Assembly: GCA_963674965.2 (NCBI GenBank) | Contig: CAXXFL010000006.1 | Span: forward strand, 704,001 to 768,000 | Direction: 5' to 3' | Source: a bacterium | GTDB taxonomy: Bacteria; RBG-13-61-14; DATKZS01 | DNA: 64,000 bases | Part shown: positions 21,685 to 30,856 of the stretch, piece after piece | How the letters are laid out: each line of letters begins with the position of its first letter | Numbering within the stretch: the stretch's first letter is position 1 | Translations under genes and position numbers: made by a program | The notes under the pieces: generated by a model | Told to the model about the DNA's origin: nothing | The model's database searches: none | What the model saw: the letters and a program-made list of their open reading frames with translations, nothing else

Positions 21685-23355
21685 ATGACAAAAGCCCGAG
21701 TCTTCATTGCGCTTTCATCGTTGTTTATGGCCCTGGTTTTTTCCGGCGCGGGCAGGGGAGACGAACCCTCGGGTCTCGAGGTCTCCCGCGAGCGCATGGA
21801 GGAGGCCTATACTCCCAAGCGCCTGGCCCTGGTGGTGGGTATCGACGACTTCGAGGACCATAGGTGGCGGAGCCTGCATTACGCGGCCAAGGACGCCGAG
21901 GACGTGGCCTCGGCCCTGTCCGACCCCGAGGTGGGCTACTTCGACCGGGTCATCAAGCTGGTGGACCCCTGGGAGACACGAAAAGACGCCGTCATGACCG
22001 CCCTTCGCCAGTTGGACAACGAGAACATGAGCACCGAGGACCTGGTCTTCGTCTACATATCCACCCACGGCACCCTGGGCCGCGACGAGAACGGCGACCT
22101 CAAGCAATACCTGGTGGCCTACGACACCCGGTTCGACGCGGTCCCCCAAACCGGCATAGACCTGGGCGAGCTGACCCGCGCCTTTAACGGCCTCACCAGC
22201 CGCCGCAAGGTCCTGGTCCTGGCCTCGTGCCACTCGGGCATGGGAAAAAGCGAGCTGCCCGACGACATCATGTCCGAGCTCGATCACCTCAAGTCCGACT
22301 TCTTCGTCAAACCCATCGAGTACGCCAGCGAGGCCATGATCGTCATCGGAGTGTGCTCCTGGGGCGAGACCGCCCGCGAGGACCCGGGCCTTCAAAACGA
22401 CGTGTACACCCACTTCTTCCTCCAGGGCATGAAAACCTACGACCGCAACGAGGACGGCGCCGTGTCCATATCCGAGGCCCACGACTTCGCCCAGCGCCAG
22501 ACCTACTACTTCACCAACGGACAACAACGCCCCTTCGCCCGAAGCGACGTCCTCGGGACCGACCCGATTATTCTGTCCGGAAAAGTGAACGGGAAGGGAA
22601 AACCGGTAATTTTCAGCTATAGCGAGGGCCTGGCCGGGTCCAGGCTTTACCTGAACGGCGCGGAAAAGGGTCCGCTTCCCGACGGCTACGCGCTCGAGCC
22701 CGGCTGGAACCGGGTGCGGGCGGTTTACGAGGAGTCGGGCCGCGAGCGCGTCTCGGGCCGCATATACGTCCGGGAAGGAGAGCGCCTTGATCTGGATAGG
22801 GTGGTCCAGGCCCGTTCCGAGCCTCCCCTAGGGGTGGTGGCCGGATACAGGTCGCTGGCCTCGTCCGATCTCCAGGAGGACGTGATGCCCAACGCCGGGT
22901 TCATAGGCGCGGCCTATAAATTCGGGGCCTTTCCCTTCGCCAATACGGCGCTTCGCCTCGAGGCGACCTACGGCCAGACCCAGTGGGACGCAAATATCGA
23001 AGGCGGAGACGCGGCCGACGTCACCGCCGACGCCTTCACGGCCAACGCCGCCCTCCTTTTCGAGCGCGGCTGGCCTGGCGCCGCGCTTTTCGCCGGGCCA
23101 ATGGTTGGCGGAATTTCTCTCCATAAAAGGGTGGATAATGGGGGCCGGGAAAACACGAACGACTCCTTTACCGCCTACCCCGGAGCCATGGCGGGCGCGA
23201 ATTTTAAGCTCGGGCGCGACGCCCGCCTCGAGGTAAGCGACAGGCTTTCATACAACTATTTCAACGTCGACGACGAGGGAGCCTCGACCCTCTCTAACGA
23301 GATCGCCATAACCGTGTTCTTCGAGCCGGCCGCCGCGGCCAGGCTCTTGAGATAG
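21685..23355 (+). CDS. secreted caspase-family (C14) protease with PEGA-like and beta-barrel-like C-terminal regions
   Basis: Signal peptide; RLALVVGI, STHG (His) and SCHSG (Cys) dyad; amphipathic beta-strands at the C-terminus. Confidence 0.82.
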   Translation: MTKARVFIALSSLFMALVFSGAGRGDEPSGLEVSRERMEEAYTPKRLALVVGIDDFEDHRWRSLHYAAKDAEDVASALSDPEVGYFDRVIKLVDPWETRKDAVMTALRQLDNENMSTEDLVFVYISTHGTLGRDENGDLKQYLVAYDTRFDAVPQTGIDLGELTRAFNGLTSRRKVLVLASCHSGMGKSELPDDIMSELDHLKSDFFVKPIEYASEAMIVIGVCSWGETAREDPGLQNDVYTHFFLQGMKTYDRNEDGAVSISEAHDFAQRQTYYFTNGQQRPFARSDVLGTDPIILSGKVNGKGKPVIFSYSEGLAGSRLYLNGAEKGPLPDGYALEPGWNRVRAVYEESGRERVSGRIYVREGERLDLDRVVQARSEPPLGVVAGYRSLASSDLQEDVMPNAGFIGAAYKFGAFPFANTALRLEATYGQTQWDANIEGGDAADVTADAFTANAALLFERGWPGAALFAGPMVGGISLHKRVDNGGRENTNDSFTAYPGAMAGANFKLGRDARLEVSDRLSYNYFNVDDEGASTLSNEIAITVFFEPAAAARLLR

Positions 23356-23440
23356 CTTTGTCAGGAATAGTCGCCTGAATTGCTTCTAATAGGGGATCAT
23401 AAAATATTTTCAGCGGGAAGCAATCTGGGCTAACTTTAAA

Positions 23441-24420
23441 GGTTCTACGTAATTTAGTGTGGGTGAATTGACCGCCCCCGTTCTCTTTGTCAGAGTAGTT
23501 TTAGCAAAAAGCACCAAAACAAGGAGGACGAGATGGCGGTCAAAAAGGATTATATCGATATTATGGTCAACATTCCAGGTTTTTCCGTTCATCGGGTCAG
23601 CACTCATACTTGGGAGGGAGATGAATTCCCCAGCCTGATGATCGAGCTTTCGCGCGATCGCAACGTTTACAAGTGCAGATGCGGCAGGGAGTTCAGCGCG
23701 TATTACGACTGCGACGAACGTTGCGTCCGTGATCTTTCCTACGGCGTCTTCAAGCGGAGTTACCTTTTTTTCTATCAGGTCCGCGTTGATTGCCCCGACC
23801 GCGGAGTGGTCACCGAGAGCCTCGAGTGGACGCTTCCCCGGGTCGAGTACTCGAAACGTCTTGCCGCCGAGGTGGCTTTGGCCTGCGAGGAGATTCGTAG
23901 CCTTAAGGCCGTTGCCGAGCAGTACGGCCTCCACGAGAAGACGGTCAAGGCCATAGACAAGGCCGCGCTGGATGAGCGAGTGCCCGATCCGTCCGAGGCT
24001 TCTCCCACCGTCATCGGCGTGGACGAGTTTTCCATCCGCCGCCGCCATCGCTACGCCACGGCCGTGATCGACTTCAAGAGCGGTGAAATCCCCTACATCG
24101 GCCTGGACCGGACCAAGGAGAGCCTGTCCTTTTTTTACGAGGCCCTGGGGCCGGAAAAGTGCGAGAAGATCGAGGCGGTGGCCATGGACATGTGGAAGCC
24201 TTATGAGGAGGCCACTCGCGAGCATTGCCCTAACGCCGCGATAGTTTACGATCCCTTCCACGTCATTTCGGCTTACGGACGCGAGGTGGTGGACAAGGTC
24301 CGGGTCCAGGAATTCAGGATGGCCCGAGGCGAACGCAAGGAAGCCATCAAGGGCAGCCGCTACCTGCTTCTTAAAAACGCCTCGAACCTTGACGTGGAAA
24401 GGGGCGAGCACGTTCGGTTG
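23441..24420 (+). mobile_element. ISL3 family insertion sequence, 3'-truncated (transposase ORF from 23533)
   Basis: GGTTCT left end; IGVDEFS, AMDMWKPY, YDPFHV, SRYLLLK motifs. ORF breaks off after about 295 aa with no right end. Confidence 0.88.
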
Positions 24421-25967
24421 TCCTCGCCGACATGAAGGGCGACTTCTCCATCGGCCCCGCTGCCGGCTTTCAACTGACGAACATGGAGAGCACCAGGGAC
24501 CTGGGCATTGAATAGAGTTGCCAGGATGTCCTTGAAAGCCGATTCCCCCGAAAGGCCGAGCTGGCCAAGATAGGTGAACGCACCGCAGAAAAGCTCCTGC
24601 CCTCTGGCGTTGTGTAGTCCGGAGTCCCCCCCCAAAAGCATGTCAAGGTAGCGGATACTCTCGTCTTTCTCCTTGACAAAACGGGCAAGGAACAGAAGGA
24701 TGTCCACCACGTCCGAGACATCCTTTTGCCTTGGCTTCTTGGTTACACTGCCACCAACGAAAATCCATAGAGGCTTTTCGATGAGGAAACGCCTGAGTAC
24801 ATTGTTCTTGTCTTGATATAGTCTCTGCTGCTGATAAAAGGCCAGAAGGCAGGCGGTAAGATAACGGCGGCGATGTTCCTTGATCCGGTCATCTTCCAGG
24901 TTAAGGATGCGGTATTCCTTGCCGTAGCCGTCGCCGTAAAAGTACTTATAGGAGTAGTCGAACACGATGCACTTGGCATACTCGTGGGCCAGGTCTTTAT
25001 TTCCGCTGGCCTTCATGGCCTGGCCGAAGGTTGCGGAGTACTCGAACGAGAATCCCTTCTCGCAGAGGCGGTTCCTCATTTGCATCCAGTGTCCAACTTC
25101 GGACCCGCTCGACCCACGGTGCCCTTCATCGACCAGGACCAGGTTATTCCCCTCGAAGGCGTCGATGGCTATAGTCTTGTCGCCGGTGGTCTCACGTAGC
25201 TTATGAATATCGATGATCTCGATCCGCTTGCCCGTAAAAAGCCCGCCCGCGTCCTTTTCAAAAAGCGCGGCGTCCATTCCCGAAAGCCAGAACTCGTCCT
25301 GGTGCTGAAGGCTGAGGCCCTCGTTCGGGGTAAGCAGAATGATCCGGTTAAGATCGCTCTGTTTTCCGTGAAGCTTCAGGTAGTGCTCATATTGGAGGAT
25401 GTTGATGTGCATGAGCAACGTCTTGCCCGACCCGGTCGCACTCCAGAATGCCAGTTTCTTAAGATCTTCGACCTTGTAGGGCTTGATCTGCGCATCCGTC
25501 GGTAGCCCCGTGGCAAAGAGTTGGCCGAGGGCCTTCTGCTGGAAGGTCTCGCCATTATTGAACCTATCCACATAGGCGTTGAGGTCATCAAGGAGCTTTT
25601 CCGGGTTCCGGAAAAAGCGGTCGAGATATATCTCGGTGAAAAGCAGACAGAGGTACTGGAAGTATTTCAAGTTGAGATTATGTCCTTCGGCGTTGCGTTT
25701 CTCGGTGATCATCTTCCAGTGGCGAACAATGTTCTCGTCATAAGCCAACAGAAGATCGTCCGGCAAGTCCGGTCTTTCAAAAGTCAGCTTAAGACATTGA
25801 TGATAACGAGAGATGCCGTCCTCGCCGAATCCCTCAAAGGCCGGGTCCCGCAAGTGCTTGGCCAGGTCATCGAAGGTGGCCACGCCGAAAAGGTCAAGCA
25901 GCCAGCTAACCAGCACCAGCCGGTGTTCGAACTTGACCTTGCTAGCTTTTGCATTCTTCTTAGCCAT
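24417..25967 (-). pseudogene. type III restriction enzyme Res subunit, C-terminally truncated
   Basis: SATGSGKT (Walker A), VDEGH, EYSATF. Frame runs into ISL3 sequence after VGEDN, so the C-terminal helicase and nuclease part is absent. Confidence 0.85.
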
Positions 25968-25978
25968 TAAGTTCTATC

Positions 25979-26410
25979 CTACGCAGTGAGAGCCTTCAGT
26001 TTTTCAAACCATTCGCCGAAGTGTGTGCATTTAGAAAGAATGGTTGGCAAGCCAATTTCCTGAACCACCAATGGACCGGCCGAAGCCTTCATCCATTCAT
26101 ATTCTGGGATTTCTTTAATGATTCGTTTCGAAGGAGCGCTCTCGGCACCGTCGTCGATCAATTCTGGTGTATCGGACTGAGATGCAATTTCTACAAGACG
26201 CTGTATGGCAATATTGTGCTCAAAATACTGAACATCCAGTTTCGTCGGGTCTGAAAATATCAATGCCTCGAACTCATGAAGCTGAATGTAGGGAACGAAT
26301 CGCGGATGATCAATATCTTCTCCCAAGGCCTTTTCCAATGTAGCAACTCGTTCGTAGGGGTCCACCTTTTTGGCGGCATCTTCATACCCAGGGAAATCGT
26401 TGGGTAACGG
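25979..26410 (-). pseudogene. DUF4276 family protein, N-terminally truncated
   Basis: LPNDFPG, PYIQLHEFEALIFSD, APSKRI, IGL..I..KC.HF..W motifs; 5' part replaced by the IS3 end. Confidence 0.8.
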
Positions 26411-26494
26411 CATGGATTGGGTCTCCCCTCTGTGCCAACGTAGATGAGACACTTCCCCTATGTTAAATTACTGTAGGGCGGGGGAGGTATTAGG

Positions 26495-27034
26495 ATGTAT
26501 AGAGAGATGGATGAAGACAGGAAGAAGGCAGGGATTGTTGGGGAGACGGAGGGAGCCCGTAGGGCGACCGGAGTCTCCCCAACCGGGACGGCCGAGCCGG
26601 AGGACACTCCTGCCAAGCGGCCCGAGCGGGTGGGGGCGCCGATCATTCTTCCCGAGCCGGAGGTCCCGGAAAAGCCCGCCCGGCGGCGCTTCACCGCGGC
26701 TTACAAGCTCGCAATCCTCGGGAAGGCCGACGCCTGCTCGGGGCATGGCGAGGTCGGCGCCCTGCTGCGCCGGGAGGGCCTTTATTCGTCGCACCTGACG
26801 GCCTGGCGCAAGCAGCGGGACGAGGGGGCCTTGAAAGCGCTTTCGCCCGTAAAGCGGGGCCGCAAGCCCAAGGCCAAAAACCCGCTGGCCGATGAAGTGG
26901 CCCGCCTCGAGCGCGAGAACCGGAAGCTCCAAAAGCGGCTCGAACAGGCCGAGATGATAATCGACTTCCAAAAAAAAGTTGCCGATCTGCTGGGGATACC
27001 CCTGGCCAAGCCGCCCGGCGAAGAGAGCGAATGA
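26495..27034 (+). CDS. IS3 family transposase OrfA
   Basis: RRRFTAAYKL...LLRREGLYSSHLTAWR HTH plus coiled coil. Confidence 0.88.
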   Translation: MYREMDEDRKKAGIVGETEGARRATGVSPTGTAEPEDTPAKRPERVGAPIILPEPEVPEKPARRRFTAAYKLAILGKADACSGHGEVGALLRREGLYSSHLTAWRKQRDEGALKALSPVKRGRKPKAKNPLADEVARLERENRKLQKRLEQAEMIIDFQKKVADLLGIPLAKPPGEESE

Positions 27035-28047
27035 TGGAATCGGCAAGCACGGCCGCTCCCCGGGTCGGCGCCAAGGCCGCCTGCGAGGCCCTGGGCCTGT
27101 CGCGAGCAACGTTTAATCGTCGCGCTAAAATTCCCTTCGGGCCTCCGCCGCCGAGGCGCGCGGCCAAGCCGGCAAGGTCGTTGAGCGAGGACGAGCGGCG
27201 CCGGGTGCTGGACGAACTCCACTCCGAGCGCTTTGCCGACAAGGCCCCCCGCGAGGTCTGGGCAACGCTCCTGGACGAGGGGACATGGCTGTGCTCGGTC
27301 CGCACCATGTACCGCGTCCTCGACTCGGAAAAGGAAGTCCGGGAGCGGCGCAACCAACTCCGGCGTCCCCGATACAAAAAACCCGAGTTGCTGGCCGAGG
27401 CCCCCAACCAGGTCTGGTCCTGGGACGTCACCAAACTCAAGGGACCGGCCAAATGGACCTGCTACCAACTCTACGTGATCATGGACATCTTCAGCCGCTG
27501 CGTGGTGGGATGGATGATCGCCGGACGCGAAAGCGCGGAGCTGGCCCGCCGCCTGATCGGGGACAGCATCCGAAAACAGGGGATCGAGCCGGGACAACTC
27601 ACCATCCACGCCGACCGGGGGAGTTCGATGAAATCAAAGCCGGTGGCCTTCTTGATGGCCGACCTGGGCGTGACCAAGAGCCACTCGCGGCCCCACGTGT
27701 CCGACGACAACCCCTACTCGGAAAGCCAGTTCAAGACCATGAAGTACCGGCCCGAGTTCCCGAGCCGGTTCGGCTCCATCGAGGACGCCAGGGCCTTTTG
27801 CGTGAAGTTTTTCGATTGGTACAACCGCGAGCATCGGCACACCGGGATCGGCCTGATGACGCCCGAGATGGTCCATTACGGAATGGCGAGCGAGATCGTG
27901 GCCGCCAGGCAAAAAACGCTCGACCACGCCTATGAAAAAAAACCGGAGCGCTTCGTGAAAAGACCGCCGACGGCGCCGGAGTTGCCCGGCAAAGCGTGGA
28001 TCAACCCACCGGAGAAACCGGAGGAAACAAACAGTTTGCCACACTAA
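27031..28047 (+). CDS. IS3 family transposase OrfB (rve/DDE)
   Basis: PNQVWSWDVT, HADRGS, DNPYSESQFKT, YNREHRH. Confidence 0.93.
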   Translation: MMESASTAAPRVGAKAACEALGLSRATFNRRAKIPFGPPPPRRAAKPARSLSEDERRRVLDELHSERFADKAPREVWATLLDEGTWLCSVRTMYRVLDSEKEVRERRNQLRRPRYKKPELLAEAPNQVWSWDVTKLKGPAKWTCYQLYVIMDIFSRCVVGWMIAGRESAELARRLIGDSIRKQGIEPGQLTIHADRGSSMKSKPVAFLMADLGVTKSHSRPHVSDDNPYSESQFKTMKYRPEFPSRFGSIEDARAFCVKFFDWYNREHRHTGIGLMTPEMVHYGMASEIVAARQKTLDHAYEKKPERFVKRPPTAPELPGKAWINPPEKPEETNSLPH

Positions 28048-28085
28048 ATTCAGGAAAGGCGTGTCTCATTTTGCTTGACACATTC

Positions 28086-29194
28086 CGAAGGGCGTGCTCA
28101 AGGTGAATCCCGAGGAAGCCAAGATAGTCCAGACCATTTATGAAACCTACAGCAAGCTTCGCTCCTTCAGGATGACGGCCAAGGCGGTCAACGAGATGGG
28201 ATACAGGACCAAGGCCTACCATTCCAGGCGCGGGAATCATCACGGCAACAAGAAATTCAACAAGAACGCGATCGCGCACATCCTCCAGAGCACGGCTTAC
28301 CTCGGAAAGGTATCTCACAACGGCGACATATTCGAGGGCAGGCACGAGGCAATAATCGATGAGAAACTGTGGCAGAACGTGAACGAACACATCGCGGCCA
28401 ACAAGGTGGTCCGCCGGAAGCCGAGGCCCCAGAAGATGCATACCTTCCTGCTGGAAAGCATTGTGAGATGCGGATGGTGTGGAGGCCAGCTTACTCCGAG
28501 CTACTCCGGTGGAAGGAGCAGGCACTACTACTATTACATCTGCACCGGCCTGAACAGAGGGGCCGACGAGTGCAAGATGAAGCGGGTAAGCGCCCCGGCC
28601 TTAGAGGATGCGATAGCCGGAAGGCTTATCGAGATGGGCAAGGACCAGGACCTCCTGAACGAAATCCTAGACGAGGCGAATTGCAATTCCCGGAAGGAGG
28701 TCAAGATACTCCAGGAGCGAAAAGACCTGCAGAGGCGGGCCCTGGCCCCGATAGAACAGGAGATCAAGAACATTGTGAAGTTCATCTCCCAGGGGAAAAA
28801 CATGGCCTCCCTGGGCGCGGAACTCGAGCGCCTGGAGATTCGGAAGAAGGAAATAGAAGGGGAAATCGAGAAGATCGACCTGGAATTCCGGGAGTTGAAA
28901 AACAGAACCATCGACGCGGAGATTATAAGCGAGGGCCTGGAGTTTTTCGAACAGGCATGGGAGGTAGCCGATCCGAAGCAGAAGAAGGACCTCATGAGAC
29001 TGTACGTCCACAAAATCATCTGGACGCCGGAGAAAATAAAAATGGGCCTCTATACAAGGCCCGTGTCTGAAATATCGATTAAATCCAGCAATGTCAACCA
29101 CGATGGGCAAATTGCAGTGGATCGTATTAACTGGCTCCCCGGAAGCAACTCTCTTCATAACGTTCTATTTTGGAGAAAATTTCAAAAAATGTAG
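28086..29194 (+). pseudogene. large serine recombinase lacking its N-terminal catalytic domain
   Basis: VNPEEA, YLG..GRHEAIIDEKLW recombinase domain, CGWCG..YYIC..C zinc ribbon, coiled coil. Begins directly at the IS3 end. Confidence 0.85.
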
Positions 29195-29299
29195 GCGCCG
29201 ATGGGAGTTACACGCGAGTGGGGAAAGAAAGCCGGTGAGAAATAATTTAACGAAGGTTTCCCAACTAAAAGACTAATTGAAGGGGTAAAGGAAATGCCG

Positions 29300-29355
29300 G
29301 AGGTCCATTTCTCCAGGAAAGATTTCGGCGACTCCTTCGTAACTCGTGGCCGCGA
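29300..29355 (+). ncRNA. orphan fragment of an IS110/IS1111 bridge-RNA-like sequence
   Basis: TTTCGGCGACTCCTTCGTAACTCGTGGCCGCGA differs at two positions from TTTCGGCGACTCCTTGGTAACCCGTGGCCGCGA at about 38953-38985. Confidence 0.6.
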
Positions 29356-29940
29356 CCCATTATCGAACCGAACCGTGTACGTCCCCGCGTCCAGCGCCCC
29401 CGCCGCGGACAGCTTGAGAGTGTCGCCCTCCTCGAGCTCGTCGGCCCAGGTGTCGCCGTCGCCCAGGCTGATCTCGCCGAGGGCGCTCTCGGCCAGGAGC
29501 CGGAGCCGCGCCGCGTCGAACTCGGGCGTCGCCGAGTCGCCTTCGCCGGGACCGCAGAGCACGGTGTCGCCGCTCATGACGGTAGTCACGCCGTCGCAGA
29601 GGCCGTCGCCGTCGGTATCGGGACTCAGTGGATTGGTGTAGAAGTAGCCCGAGTTCAGGTACTCCTCGAGGTTGGTCCTCCCGTCGCCGTCGGGGTCATC
29701 GGCCGCGTCGTCCACCAGCGGGTCCAGCCCGGCGATGACCTCCCAATAATCGTCGATCCCGTCCCCATCCGAGTCGGCCAACCTCGGGTCCGTCCCCAGC
29801 CTCGCCTCGATAATCGCCGCCATCCCGTCCCCGTCATAATCCGCCACCGCCTCATCGCACTCCACCACCACCGGATCGAACCCAAGGCTATCGGCATACT
29901 CCACCTCCCACCCGTCCGTGAAGCCGTCAAAGTCAGAATC
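29353..29940 (-). pseudogene. orphan toxin cassette 6, truncated before the Rhs core
   Basis: Homologous to 45.8-46.4 kb of the giant gene; cut after VRFDNGS. Confidence 0.88.
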
Positions 29941-29989
29941 GGCGGAAAGAACAGAGGCAAGTTTTCAAAGAACGTAGTTAAATCTATAT

Positions 29990-30080
29990 CGACAACCAAA
30001 GCATAGGTCATCCCCGGGAAACGATTCTCTATGACCTGCTCGCTATGCTCGCCCATATAGCTGAGCTATATGGGTTACTT
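29990..30080 (-). repeat. structured intergenic repeat (attC/REP-like), intact copy
   Basis: Minus strand TAAC...GTTGTCG with hairpins CCCATATAGC/GCTATATGGG and AGGTCAT/ATGACCT. A second copy lies at about 37602-37684 plus 39267-39275. Confidence 0.65.
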
Positions 30081-30118
30081 ATATTTTAGCCCTTTTGTGG
30101 GTTTCCTGTTACAAAGCA

Positions 30119-30856
30119 TTAATCCTCGTGCTCGGGATACAGCAGTGCTCTCAGTTTATTTTGAATTTCCCTCTCTTCTCCCTCGCTTGACGTGAAAGGA
30201 CGGTCATAGGCTTTGACGAACACTACTCCAGAAGCTTCCACTCTGGTTTCCAGCCAACTAGCGTTAAGCACGTCTTCTTTCTTCTTGCCCGTAATCTCCC
30301 AATATTTATCGCCAAACCACATTACCGAACCCACTTCCTCGAGATATCTGTCGCGAAACGTTCTCCTTCCCGGATTCTGAGACGTGTCTATAATCATCTT
30401 GTCTAATGGGTATGGGAGCCCGTTATGTTTCATGGGCAGATGGTCATAACTGCGGCCAGCGCTATCGTACTGCAACGGGTCATGCGCGTTCTGCCAATAT
30501 TCATAGTTTTCATCATAAACTCTTGCCTGGATAAAAGAATCGAAATCAAGAAAAGGCGCGATCCAGCCATATGATTGCCCAATCTCCTTTATACACTTTT
30601 CGATAAATACGAGAGAAAGGTTTTTATTACCTACATGGCCGTATTCTACTTTGATATTATCAAACTCGATGCCAAAGTGCTGGAGATTTCTTCTTTGGAT
30701 AGACTTCATAATATTCGATAGCTTTATTCTATTCCCATTAATATTGCCCCTTTCGTCAGGATCAATAATGTCCTTATGCGATTCAATAAGCGTTTTCCAA
30801 ATGGCCGTGGGTTTATAAAGCATATAAGGTAATACAATTTCAGCAGATAAATCCAT
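30119..30856 (-). CDS. putative immunity protein (cassette 5), family unrecognised
   Basis: AT-rich ORF starting immediately after the toxin stop codon. Confidence 0.75.
   Translation of the reverse strand: MDLSAEIVLPYMLYKPTAIWKTLIESHKDIIDPDERGNINGNRIKLSNIMKSIQRRNLQHFGIEFDNIKVEYGHVGNKNLSLVFIEKCIKEIGQSYGWIAPFLDFDSFIQARVYDENYEYWQNAHDPLQYDSAGRSYDHLPMKHNGLPYPLDKMIIDTSQNPGRRTFRDRYLEEVGSVMWFGDKYWEITGKKKEDVLNASWLETRVEASGVVFVKAYDRPFTSSEGEEREIQNKLRALLYPEHED

Larger units (their letters stand above)
26431..28082 (+). mobile_element. IS3 family insertion sequence (orfA + orfB)
   Basis: Imperfect 22-bp terminal IRs TGTGCCAACGTAGATGAGACAC and GTGTCTCATTTTGCTTGACACA. The true ends may extend a few bases further. 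Confidence 0.88.

Noticed and set aside
24360-26452. Functional type III restriction-modification system
   Set aside because: Res is truncated and no Mod gene is in the window.
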